This document shows positions 39,332 through 51,751 of a stretch of DNA of 64,000 nucleotides, one piece after another. Each line of letters begins with the position of its first letter. Position 1 is the first letter of the stretch. The notes beneath the pieces were generated by a model that was not told where the DNA came from, did not search any database, and saw nothing but the letters and a program-made list of their open reading frames with translations. Origin of the DNA: Marsupella aquatica (lineage: Eukaryota; Plantae; Marchantiophyta); assembly GCA_973895155.1 (NCBI GenBank), contig OZ316898.1, positions 11,245,187 to 11,309,186 on the forward strand, written 5' to 3'. A program made the position numbers and the translations under genes.

Positions 39332-42030
39332 TGTGCATCAAAGAGAACGAATAAAAGCCTAACTCATCTTGAAAGTGAATAGCCTTCTATGACTCCGTTT
39401 GGAGGCTGCTTACAAGTTATATCAGGACGTCTGATGCGATCTCTGATGACTCAGACAACATTATCTGTTTGGCCTAAGAGGGGACAGATCTGCCCTAGAT
39501 TGGTAGTAGGACAGGATTCAACTTGGCTACAGTGAAAGGGAATTTCTGCAGAAAGCCTAAATAGTGGTGCAGTTAGCAAAGGAGCAGCGATTGTTTAGAC
39601 ACATAAAATTTGGAACTTAGAGGAAACGAGGGTGTATCATAAAGTACAAGATCTTGAGGCATACAAAGTGAACTCTGGGAGCCCATGACAGTAGTCCTTT
39701 GCTCTCGCGGACCTTCAAGATTCGAACAATTTTGCTCGGCATGACTAATTATCACACAGGCGTTAGGGATAAGCCCCATTTGACAAGATCCGTTTGGACC
39801 CTTTCATTTGAAAAGAACTACTCCAAGCAACTCCCCGTACTATGTTTATTACGTCAGGTTATTGAAGGCTGTTCCCAACGATATTCTCTCGAGCTCGCTT
39901 CCAGTTCATCTGCTCAAATTCAAATCCGAGTGAAATGTGCATCTTAGAGGAATCATAGAACTCATTCGCACAATTCTGGGACACTGCAAGCAACCATAGA
40001 ACTCGTTCGTACAATTCGGACACTGAAAACTTCACACCGTAGTTGCCGAGAAGTTTTCTCTGTTTTTTTCCTGATGTGGGACCACGCTAGTTTTTACTTG
40101 TACACGTGATTCAAATTCAGTGGCCAAGAAGGTATTAAACATGAAGGATTAGCCTATTTGAGGTAATTCAGATCAGAAGTTGTGCGCCCATGTCCTCCGG
40201 TACTCTGTCCTTTGACACGATGAAGCAACTCGATAACCTACCAGGTATCCCGCTCATTTCATATCCAGCTGGGGTATCAACAATGGCATTCTTTACACTA
40301 TGTTGTGAGTATGATCATTGTAACATAGATAGTTATTTGAATGAGACCAGATATAGCCTCTTCCACGCGTGATTTCCTGTTCTTGCTTTGTGGTTCCCAA
40401 TTCCATTGGAATTCAACTAGGTGTTGACGTCTGTCAGGGTGGAAGAAATTCCTCTGGAGGTGAAATCACCAAGTTTGATTATGCGGAGGCCTTTGTAGCC
40501 ACAAAACGTGCGACAGTCCAGATGCCTTTGCCTAGTTCAGAAACTTGCACTGCAACAAGAAATGGAGACCTAGAGAAATGGAAACGCAGTATCATAAGTC
40601 GTTCGACACGGCGATTTACGAGTCAAATTGAGAAGTGTAGTAATTCGTATGTTCCTTATGGGTCAAATTGAAAGTTAAGCAATTGCTGTAAAATTCAGCA
40701 ATTGGTATGATAAGACTATGAGCTACAATCGGGAGTCGTTTGCTCGAGTCGATCCTATGATTCAGGACAGGACCAGCATGATTGTTGTGCACATTCCACG
40801 CCCGCAGTGGCAGTAGACTCTAGTCATTTTCTACCTCGGGGAATGGACAATCTTTGTCCTCATCACCGGAACAACTAAGGAACAAACTGCCCCCATTTCA
40901 AGTTAATCAGGAGGTTCCCGAGACTCTTACAGTCCTTGCGATTGCAAATCAACCTTCAGGACATTGAAAGTCTCCATGTCTCCCTCTTGTTCAAGCCGTC
41001 ATGCATGATCACAGTATATTGCTTTCTGGGGGCTCATCGTTATGTTTTCTACTTCAAATATAGGCCCTTCCAGTGGGACATAAAGTTACTCAAAAGTACC
41101 TTCTTCAGAGCTGATTTCCAGGATGACTGAAGGAGTAACCCACTAGGTCGGTGGGTTGCTCACCTCTTTTCTTGCTTTGTTCTGTCCCCACCTTGGGAAT
41201 TCTGAGGAAAATTCGACCTCAGTTCTTCTCCCGACTTTTTCGTTTTTTCAACAGAGTGACGGACAGAGGGACGGACACGAACTTCTAAACAAGGGGTCTA
41301 TCGGATCGTCTAATTTGTCTCGGCAGCCCTGGCGATGACGAATGCCTCTATAAGTTGTTTGTGTCCTTGTGTCCTCAGTAGCGTGAGCTTCAGGCGAGAG
41401 CAGTCAAACCCTCCTCCCCTTGTACAAATCTAGACAATTTCTACCCTGCCCTTATCTTGCAGAAACTTGCAGTGCTGCCATCGGGGACAATGTAGAGATG
41501 TGGGAAATCAGTGAAATTCAGGGATCGACATCCCCAGCACCATAGTCGAAGACTGACTGCACTGCTAACATGGCATGATTTAATAGGATAATAACCTGCG
41601 GAAACGTCGCATCTTTCAGTCTCTCAAATTTACCTGTGGACATCAAGTGAAAGACTTCCAGAAGACACTAAAGGCTGTGGCATGGCATGATTTGAACTGT
41701 TGACAACGCACGGTGGACAAATTTCTCGACAAAAACTCCAGATGACAATCATCCCATGACAAGTAGAAAAAAGATTCGAAGGACCCGAGGTTATATTACC
41801 AAGGAAGTGGGAGCAAACTATATTCGGATTTCTTCACCACATAAATGGTCATATGTACAAGTTGAGGCAATGCCCTAACATTCAATGTAAAATGTGCAGT
41901 ACAGGACAAAAACATTTCTCCGCTTCAAAGTACACTAGACGACTCTCCCAGAAAAGCTGGAGACGAACGGATTGTGCAATTTTTCACATTAAAGCTGTTA
42001 ACAGTTCGAATCCACTCAAATGATGAGCAT

Positions 42031-42300
42031 TCAGGACGCTGGGGCTGCTCGTACTGCTGGTGCAGGTGCCACTGGAAACCCCGACGCGCGTTCCAGCTCC
42101 TCTTTCAGCTGCTGGGAGAAATCGTCATTGACATCGTCATCATCCCAGTCATCTTCCCATTGTTGCAGGGCGAGCTTCTCTCCTTCTGCATCATCCCACT
42201 CCTCATTCTCGAACTCCTCAAATTCATCGTCATCCTCAAACAGATCGAGTCGAGCGTCCTCTGTAGCGTCCGTTGAGGCTGTATCCGTGGGATTGGCCAT
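42031..42300 (-). CDS. DSS1: SEM1/DSS1 26S proteasome / BRCA2 / TREX-2 small acidic subunit (89 aa)
   Basis: MANPTD...[18 protein letters not shown]...[25 protein letters not shown] likely 5'-UTR intron has its acceptor near 42320 and donor near 43094. Confidence 0.93.
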   Translation of the reverse strand: MANPTDTASTDATEDARLDLFEDDDEFEEFENEEWDDAEGEKLALQQWEDDWDDDDVNDDFSQQLKEELERASGFPVAPAPAVRAAPAS

Positions 42301-43209
42301 TTCCGAACCCGTCCTTAAGCTGCGATACCAACAAGAGTTGAGAAAAGGCTCAAAGAGGTATATACAGGAAAAATGAGACAGAAGACAGCGGGGGCCAAGC
42401 AATTGCATCCGACATAGAAAGCACTCAACCTGCCTGAACCCTAATTCTTTTTTCCTCTCTCGGTACGACCTTGGCAATTCAAGCCACACAATCCGTCTCT
42501 ACGTCAATAGATATGACGACCAACCCCCGAGACCGATGAATGGAAAAAGAAGCTCCCTGTGCCTGCTGCGAATGACAGGAAAAGGATCGGATCTGCCACA
42601 ATATTATGATGTATACCAAACGACAGTTTCGCCTAGGTTTCGACAATAAGTTCTTTGCCTTTATGCGTTAAATGCAATCGAAACAATGAGTGAGGATCAA
42701 GAAGTCAAGCTCAGCAAACCAGCGAATCGAAGTACTAACGGTCAAATTTGAATGACATATTCTTAAAACCCGGAAGATTTCAATTTCTTTGTTCAAGCTC
42801 AGCTCGACTGACAAGACACATAGCATAATTCGTTTATCATCCCAGCTGAGTAGATTCACACAAACACAACACCAAAACCGGCTCAACCTGATCGCAGCAG
42901 CAGTGCCTAAACATTGACCCTCCTAATTGCAGCAATCGTCGTGATGGAACATTGAAGGCAGAAGACGTGCCACAACTCAGCAGTGAGACCCCAACCTAAT
43001 CCCATCACTATTTAACAACAAACATTGAAGGCAAGGCAGAAGAAGAAAGTGAAGAAGACCCACAATGTAACAGAACGGCTGAAACGGTGGCACACCTGTG
43101 AAGCGGCCCGTGAGAAAAAAGCTCCCGAGGATTCGATCTTCAGGCAGAGCGTTTCAGCGTGAAGAAACAGAGGATTGTGATTCTAAAGAGGATGCCAATA
43201 AGCTCCACC

Positions 43210-43430
43210 TTAGCGACGATGGAACATGATACATTTCACCGTGCCTAACTGCACCATATATAAGTGCATGTTAAGGGTAACTGCATGTCATCCGTTGTTC
43301 GCTACAACCAGCAAAGACAGGTCCCCCATTAGCAACGACGGAACATGATACATTTCACCGTGCCTAACTGCTCCATATACAAGTGCATATCATGGATAAC
43401 TGCATGTCACCCTTGTTCCCTATAACTAGC
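43210..43430. repeat. Imperfect tandem duplication (~119 bp x 2) upstream of SEM1
   Basis: TTAGC-ACGA-GGAACATGATACATTTCACCGTGCCTAACTGC...AACTGCATGTCA at ~43210 and ~43329. Confidence 0.85.
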
Positions 43431-45709
43431 CATAGCAGTCTAGTAATTGCTCTCAAAATGTGACAATATAGGGTGTAATATGTCACTCCATGGACCATAC
43501 CATGATAACTCTAATTATCCTGCGTAAATTCTTGAGTGTTATAACAAAATGTGACAATATGAGAATGTCCATTCTCTGAATATTAATAGAGATTATGACA
43601 CATCATGCATGATTATCATTTTATCATACATAACATCCAATTTTTCCATCCACATGGATTCTGGTGGGGCCCTACAGTCAGGGTCTAGAGGCTTCACTCT
43701 AAACCTAGACCCCAACTCTAGCTTCCCATATATAGCAATTTATTAGTAAGAAAGAGTGTAATATGCACTCCATAGTCCATACCCTGATAAGTAGTTATTC
43801 TATAAACATCCTTGAGTGTTATTCATAGTACATTGTAGATTGTCACATTTTGATATGCAATTACCAGGACACCAGCCAGACTGCTGGAGCTTTGCTTCAC
43901 TGTCTCCTATTCCACCCCAACTATACCTGCGCCACTAGGGTCAAGGTCGCCAAGGTCCCGAGGCTTCACCCTAAACCACAAGCCCTTATCCTAACTGTTG
44001 ATCAGGCTTTATAAGATAAATTTGGGATTGGGAGCTTGGATGGATAGAAACCAGGTAAGTCAGTTTATTGTTGAGTGGGGCCTTAGTTACTTTGCCGTCA
44101 TGGGTGACTCTCAAGCGCTTTTACTCTTTGGTCTTTGTGGGGTTTTCTCCTCGGTTTTCTCCCCTTTACTGGATGTCGTACCCTTAGGGTTCTTGCCCTC
44201 CCTGAGTGGCGCTTTTTGTTCTTTGGTAGAGTGATGTGTAACGGATGGGGATGGACGGAAGTTTGATGTGTGCCATATGACATGCCAAATCTCGATGGAC
44301 ACAACTGAAATGTTTAAATCTACTTGCATAATATGTTTTACACTTGTGTTCCAAAGATGACACGTAAACATACATTTGATCGGTAGTAGGTTTTTAATAG
44401 ATTCCTCGAGTCTTCTGTCCATGCAATGGCCTCTCTTCTCATTAACAAAGGATTTGGGTTCCCTTTCTTACTTCAGTTAGGGTGTGTGCAACCAAATATT
44501 TACACTTTAATATCATGACAGTAAAAGGTTTCATGACATACCTACATTGTATAGTTCTTGTGTCCATATGAATAGCAATGTCAAACTTCAGTCTGAGCTT
44601 CCACTGCCAACATTTTTTGTTGTTTTCAATGTAAGTACACTGGAAAATGCAATTTTTCCTGAATGCTTGAACCTAAACAACAAATATATAATTTCTGACT
44701 GTAGATATTAAGTGTATACATGCATAATGTACACTATGGGCATTTATTGATAAGTGCAACCGACTAGTGCACATAGTAGTTTCATGATTGTACTTATCCA
44801 GTTAAATTGTGTAGTATGAGGACCACAGCTATGAGAAGTCCAATATATGTGTGCGGCTGACAGCACATATGGGAAGTGCATATTATATTCCTCTGCACTT
44901 ATAGTGTAATAAAATAAGTACTTTGCAAGAGCCTTTCTTCTTGGGAAGATGCATTTTGACACTGTAGACTGTAGGAATAGACTGCTTTCCTGCTGGTTTT
45001 TTCTAGTGATGTCTTTGAAAAACAAAACCAAAAAAATCCCAACCTCACTGATTAACCCCACAACAACATCACTAAAGAGAATCCCCGATGATGGAGAAAA
45101 TCCCACCGAAACAATGTTTAAATGTGGTTCACAGTATGAGCCATAGTGTCTGCATCTGCAGTATGTCAAGGTCCAAGCTCCACAGTATATGTGGCAATCT
45201 TCATTCACTTCATTCCAGAGTTTGCACTTGGAAAGAGTGGACTCTTATTTCTTATACATTTCTGTACATTTGTCTAGGTAACCTTAGATGCTATGAGAGC
45301 ATCTTCCTGCAATGCTAGTTAAAGTGAACCTGGATAACTTCTCTAGAGACCTCTTGTAACCTGCAATGGAGGACAAAGCCCAAACACCCAAGAATTGGAA
45401 TTGTTGAAATGTCCTAAATGGCTCTGCCCTTGTATGACAACATAAGGGTAGGCTTTTTTGCTGCCCTCATTATTGTGTGGCCCTCACCCTTCCTAACTTG
45501 TGCTTGCAGACAGGAGGTGGGTGTCAGTGAAGGAACACACATCTAATTCAAATGACTGCATCTCACCAACACTGAGGCAGACTAAAGGTGCATCTGAGAA
45601 ACTCTAACTTAACTGAGCCTGGGTTAACAAACATTTTTATGATGAATAAAAATCAAGGCTACAAGATGTGCTTTCCATCAAGCCAAACATCTCCTATTTT
45701 TGTTAAGGA

Positions 45710-46065
45710 TCAATTGCATGTACAAATTTTCAAAGTCAGCTATCTTTTTGTGAATGTTTACCCATTTTTTGTAATCAGCAATGATCAACCTTTGATTTCT
45801 CCCTAGTACTGGATGATAGTTGTCGATCCTGGTACCATTAGAAGCTCCTTGAGATGTCCTTTCCAGCCCAATGAGCCAAACATCGTCCATTTGGGTTGAG
45901 ATCATTGCATGTACAAATTTATGAAGTCAACTGTCTTTTCTTGAATGTTTGCACATTTTCTGCAATCAGCGATATTGACCTGTGATGTCTCTATGAATAT
46001 TGGATGATAAATTTCAATCCTGATAACACTAGAAGCACTTTGAGATGTGCTCTCCAATGAGCCTA
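45710..46065. repeat. Diverged tandem duplication (~190 bp x 2)
   Basis: ATTGCATGTACAAATTT..AAGTCA..TGAATGTTT..ATCAGC..TGGATGATA..TAGAAGC..TGAGATGT is repeated at ~45712 and ~45904. Confidence 0.75.
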
Positions 46066-46899
46066 GCACCCCCAGTTTTCATAGAGTATCTCAACATATA
46101 TAAAATAATGCCAAAGTTAGCTTTCTTTCTTTGAATGTCTTTTCTAACTTAGTCCTCTTTAATTGCCAATGTTGAAGACCTAGAACTTGACTAACGAACG
46201 AGCTAACGAATAGCTCAAGCAGGTCACCCCATTGCCTCTTATTTTGGCATTGTCAAGAAATGAGGAAAAGACATCTACAACAGGTTGTTACTAAGCAAAA
46301 TCTACAGAGTCATCAAGTGGATGGTACTCAAAGCAAAAACCTAGGGTGGAGAGAGAACTTAGCATTACTTTTCAAGCTATGAATCAAAGAATTCCCTCAA
46401 GTTTATTGTCCTAAGCAGACAATGCAAACCTAAGAAAGGCATCCAATTGGTGGAAGAATTGTTCTGTGATTATGCTTAGATGTACCAAGAAGGACTGTAG
46501 CTTGAATCCATTCAACATTGCCACAATGGAGTACGTAGAAGGGTTCAGTTGACAGTTGGCCATGGTCGTAAGAAAACTGCATGGGCTGGTTGGATATATC
46601 CTCTTATTTGTGAAGGGTTTACCAGCTTGCCAAAGTTGTTGGTTTAAAGTTTTTCCCTTTAACTCTAAGAATGATTGCTACAAATATTTTGAGATATATA
46701 GTCCATGAGACATTCTCAAGGGACCACAAATATGTCACCTGGTGAACAATAATAAGAATTTTGATGAACTGATGATGCCATGCTGATACAGACTTTCCAA
46801 GATCACAACAACATTGTCATTTGGTCTCAAGCAAGGAAGTTGATGTGTTCTCCAGCCAAGTAGAAATATATTGAATGAGTAACAGCACATCACATAATG

Positions 46900-47450
46900 G
46901 GTGTTCTACATAGAGGCATTGATTATGGAGAACTGAATGATGATATCACTGAGAACATGGATGAGACTCATTTTGTCATAAATACGGACAATGGAAAAAC
47001 CTTAGGCTTTTGAGGTGATAGCAATGTGAAGTATTCTGATGTGGTATCTGGTGGTGAAGGGATGACAATGTATGTGAAGGTTTTGGGTGGTGTGAATGCC
47101 AAAATTCAACCCCTGTTTATGATTTTCAATAATTCATTGTCTTCATATGATTCCATTGGCTATGTGTTTGACAATGTGCATGGATCAAGTTTCTTACAAG
47201 AGTACCCCATCTTCTTTCATGACCAGTGCTTGTTTGAAAGAGTATACATTGAAAGGGGAGCAAGCACACCTGATATTCAAAGGAGAGTCAAGATTCCATC
47301 AAGGAATAATTGCAAAGGGCACAACCAGACACCAACTTCCATTGCAGCTTTGCAAGAAATTATGATAGATATCAGGTATCTACCAGCAAATCCAACTCTC
47401 CTTTGCCAACCCACTGATTCATTTATGATTTCAAAGATACGATGTCTCGA
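46900..47450 (+). pseudogene. Second, unrelated and older pogo/Fot1-like DDE_1 transposase remnant
   Basis: ENMDETHFVIN..GKTLGF*GDSNVKYSDVVSGGEGMT..IQPLFMIF...RYLPANPTLLCQPTDSFMI, with stops and heavy decay. No TIRs found. Confidence 0.7.
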
Positions 47451-48294
47451 AAAAGAGGTGGAAACACCGGGGGTGGGGTGATATGTTCACGAAAGTGACA
47501 TATCACGTGCGACAAACTATAGGGCCATTTAATGGTTTTAATGGAAGACTTATTAAGTTGTCATTGGAAATATAGTAAGGGTCATTTAATTTCAAAATGC
47601 ATATGTGTCATCAATGTCTCCCTCCAACCTATACTCTCAAGGGAGGACCAAGATCTGTGGGCCTAAGTAAAGTATATATTATCCTAATCTAATCAAGAGT
47701 TAACTAACCCCAGTGAAGCCAAACTAACTATAGTTGGGACTCAAGTCAATTCCTAGCATTTTGACATTGGCAAGGGACTATGTAACTAAGTTGAACAGTA
47801 CAGTCTGTTTACAAACATGACATGTCTTATGCATGAAAATCAATGATAACGTTCAATCTGTCTCTCAACAATGTATGGTTTGAAAATCAACTTGCCCTAG
47901 AGCTTTAGAATATATAACATACAAAGTATCGAGTGAATTTTGAAGGGAGTTGAGTTGGGCTTAACATTGGTGCTACTGTTGAAGTGGCTCGTGATGTTGG
48001 TGAACTAGGTGGAGAACTAGCTCAACCCACTTCTCTTTGAATTGTATGTCGTTATGAGACATAGGGGACACGTGTAAGGAAACTAAACAAAAGGCTACCG
48101 TCTTCCCCCGAACACAGCGCCCGGGCGCTGTGTTTGAAAGTTTTGATTTTTGGGTCCTGGTGTTAAAAAGTTACTTTTCTTCGAACACAACGTCACTTTT
48201 ACACAACGCCCGGGCGCTGTGTTCGAACTTGGCTTTGTGTTCGGGGATGTCGTTGTGTTCGGGGGACCGTTCTTGCATGTTCCTTTACAATCAA

Positions 48295-48660
48295 AGTGTT
48301 CATAGTGGACACCGGCGTCAAAGCCCGGATGCGGCAGCTTCGACTCCGTTGCGAGTAGGGAGCCGATCTGTTGCGAGTAGGGAGCCAATCTGTTGCATCA
48401 ATCTGTTGTGAGTAGGGAGCCGTGAATGCGAATACGAGGTCGTTGGACCGGATGGTGTAGCTGCAGTACGTCTGATTGCCGGTCGTCTGATCCAATTTTG
48501 CCATGAGGTTCATGCCCAGCCCCCATGAGAACCGTCGCCAGGTGTTGGACGTGTCGCCGCACCAGAACTCCACATGATGGAATTTCTCGACCGCAAACCG
48601 GTCGCTCAGCGGATTCTTCCTTACGAAATTCTTGAATCCTACCAAATTCAAACCACCGCC
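48295..48660 (-). pseudogene. HPPD: Captured N-terminal fragment of 4-hydroxyphenylpyruvate dioxygenase inside the pogo element
   Basis: NLVGFKNFVRKNPLSDRFAVEKFHHVEFWCGDTSNTWRRFSWGLGM...DQTTGNQTYCSYTIRSNDLVFAFTAPYS...PHPGFD. It is truncated by the left subterminal region and disrupted by 22-bp duplications. Confidence 0.9.
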
Positions 48661-48759
48661 CAAAGAATTCGGGATCGCAATCATACACAGTATGGATCCA
48701 GAGGTTGACAGTGGCTTTGAACTCATCCGGCACAAGAATTAAATGGCATTTATACCTGA

Positions 48760-50226
48760 CAGAAACCAAAATCTCGGATTGGACATGAAGCGATTCAGTC
48801 AAAATGCCTTGCGTTGAACCCGTCTGCACCCTGGCGGCATTCATTTCTGATTCCAAATCCTCAAGAACGTATTGAAGGTCCCTGTGCATCTCCAGTTGTG
48901 CGAGAAGCTCATTCTACACATGAAGAAGAGAAGAATATAATGGTGAATTCTGTATTAATCTTAGAATGTTGTTGTCATCCGTGTCGAGCTTAACATCTGT
49001 GTCGAGCTTAACTGACAATTTTGCAACCAGGATACTTCTCACACATGTCTTTGCAAATATCAATTGCACTTCTTTCGCGAAAGGATGCAATGCCGCACAG
49101 TAATTCAAATTTTTGGATACACGAACCCCGGTCCAAGAACGATGATGAGTTACCCTACCTTTAGATTTAGATTCTCTATCTGAACCTTGCTTAAATATCG
49201 CTTGATCTTTGCTCAATTCTTCATTTAGTTCTCTTGTGACCTCCTCAATCTGTGAACAGTGTCAACAAAGAATGATTCCGGAACTTTAAGTCAAAATCAA
49301 ACCAATGACGGTCTTCCATTTTTCCAACGAACCGAGGGATTGTCATCAGAAACAAAAATGTCTCGACAGTTAGGGCACTGTGGAAGCAAATAGAAGCTCT
49401 CGACAACTCTCACACCTTTTCTAGAATGTTGCCAACAACAATATGGCCCAGACATACTCCATTAAATTAAATGGCACTTTGGAACTTTATATAGTTGTGC
49501 AAATCAATACATCCAGGCGCAATTGCACTGCGGCACAAATCAAACTATGATCCTCAATCGTAACTCTTACTGTAACTTATCTCCTGCAAAGCGATTCACC
49601 AAATTTGTGATAGCCTTGCCTTTTGGCAATAGAACATTGATTCTCCTGGCTTTCTTGGCTGGCTGTGGTGATGGAGAGAACTTTGTGAAGCTATCCAAAA
49701 GATACAAATCAAAATCTTCTGTGGGTACCGGCTTCCTCACAGAGAGACATGCACTGACCCAATCAAAGCTGACGAACTTCACTCTCCCACTAGTAAAACT
49801 CCACAGTCCCCCATTCATACTTTGCCAAAATCGTCTGCCAATTCTTGGCAATCACATGAGTCGTCATTGAACTAAATCGGTAACAAATTGAACCTCCACA
49901 CTGGACAAATCGTCGCTTCAATAAATCAAATTGGCCTGGGCTGAATTCATCAGGAATCAGTAGTGCATACATGCCCTCGAATGTGTCTCGAGTCTTGGCA
50001 AGTGCACGAGCCAGTGCATCCATCTCAGCTTTGACGTCTGTCTCTATGTTTGGCTCCAGCTTAGTGCAATTTGCCGCCATCTCAGCATTTGCCTCCATTT
50101 GAGTGGTCGCCTCAATTGCAATCTCCTGAATGGACTCAATGTCTGCAACCAATGACTCTATGGCTGCCGCAGACTCCACCTCTGCCAACACATCAATCTC
50201 TGCATTTGAAGTCTTCTCTGCCATCG
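48760..50226 (-). pseudogene. Captured fragment(s) of a BRCT-domain / coiled-coil gene inside the pogo element
   Basis: FEGMYALLIPDEF..LKRRFVQCGGSI..FSSMTTHVIA, then a frameshift near 49820, then VKFVSFDWVSACLSVRKPVPTEDFDL. This is a BRCT pattern similar to the N-terminal BRCT of plant X-family polymerase lambda. Acidic/coiled-coil exon-like pieces lie at ~49985-50226, ~49249-49150 and ~48913-48760. Confidence 0.6.
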
Positions 50227-51048
50227 CTACCAGCAAGCAAGAAAGCCTTACAAAAGATGAGAAATGAACAATGAGGTGCCTTGCACAGTTGCCCCCGCCA
50301 CTTTGAGAAGGGGCGTTGTGATCGATTTATGCTACAAATTAGGAAATTGCTCCAAAAGAGACAAAGTATGAAAACAGACAAAATGTCCCACCATTCTCGC
50401 TCCATCACAAAATCGAGTTGGTGCCTTGAGCAAACATTGGGAACTTGGGAGGCTTTGGCTATGGACAGAAGGCAAACCAAAGAGCTGCAACAGGAGGGGT
50501 AAGTGAAGAAACTTAAGTCAAATAGAAACAGACTGTCAATCGTTAGCTCACTCATGTTAAGGTTACTTGATTGAGACTAATGCCTCCGTGAATTGCTTTG
50601 TTGCAGCAAGGATCAAAGGCCTTGAGGTCCTTGTCGTTGGCTCCTCACGCGTTTGACTTCCTCCTTCCTGGCTCAGAACATCAACTAAGAGTGCAGGACG
50701 AAAATGGGTCAGTGCACGACAACTCATTCTTGTGTAAAGTTTCAATTCTATTGAATCATACTCATTGACTGTCGACCCTGCCACTTTTTACATTCATTTC
50801 TCTTCATGGTCGACAGCCAACAATCGATAGTCGATAGTATATGACCAACTCCAGCGATCACAGGAGAAAATCAGTTGGGGTAACTTTCCTACATGGATGG
50901 AAAAAGTTGAGCGCTCTAGACCTTAAGTATCCACAAGAAGTCAGCCAGGTCGGTTAGGTGACAGACGTTAAAACCTCCATTAAATCATGGATACCATCCA
51001 TAGGAGAATCAAAAGGAATGAGCGATTTGGAAAGGGCAAGGGAGATAC

Positions 51049-51187
51049 CGTAAACAATCTTCTTATCAGACGCAGGATCTCGGCCTCTCTCAAAAAATTC
51101 TGCGAGTCCGCCACTCATAGGCCGAACTGTTGTACGAGTGTGCGCTGAGGCCACCACAGGTTGCAGCAAGGTCCTAAAAGCCTGCAT
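51049..51187 (-). pseudogene. Captured first coding exon of mitochondrial ribosomal protein uL29m/L47 inside the pogo element
   Basis: A presequence-like MQAFRTLLQPVVASAHTRTTVRPMS is followed by GGLAEFFERGRDPASDKKIVYG, resembling the LEEFF...VVYG start of MRP-L47. A phase-1 GT donor follows (51047-48). No downstream RxW..SELRLKS exon is visible. A probable 5'-UTR intron lies at ~51219-51411. Confidence 0.72.
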
Positions 51188-51751
51188 TGTGTCCTTAACT
51201 CCCGTTTGATCTATCTCCTGTCAAGCAATGGCAAGCTAACACATTCTCTAGCAGGGCTCTCCCTAACAGAATTGTTGTCCGTCCGGCAACAGGAGAAATT
51301 GCAACGGAGACGGTAGGAAATCGGGCGAGGTAAAAGACCCTAATTTTGTGAAGTTGCTTGTTTGACCATTGAAATCAGGAGTCCCGATTGCTATAGAGAG
51401 GTTCAAGTGACCTGCAGGAGCCAAATTGGTGTAGACATTATAGTACCGTCAAATTCAATATCACTGCACTGAAGTGTTTGTAAAAGCTCAGATGTCTGTG
51501 GTGAACTTTGACAAAGTGCTTAAACCACAATTGCCACGATAAAGGCCCCTGGCTCTTCTTCTATGGTCGCAACCAGGGTCGACCATTCCCATCTTTCATT
51601 TCATGCCTTTGTTGATTTCTTCGTTGTAGGAAGCCAGGGTTAAAAGTGTTATGTGAAGGAGGTTGCTACCCCTGGCATTGACAGACCGTATTTCATTGAC
51701 AGACCGTATTCATTGACAGACCATATTTTCCTTTGCAGGAATTAGAGAGCT

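Noticed and set aside
40190-41340. Short ORFs between metaxin and SEM1
   Set aside because: No recognisable homology or consistent exon chain.
42301-42489. N-terminal extension of SEM1 in the ORF track
   Set aside because: It runs through a polypyrimidine tract and AG acceptor, so it is intron/UTR; the real start is the ATG at 42300.
48199-48735. Functional HPPD gene
   Set aside because: Only the N-terminal part is present, it is disrupted by duplications and bounded by a TIR, and the Fe-binding C-terminal domain is absent.
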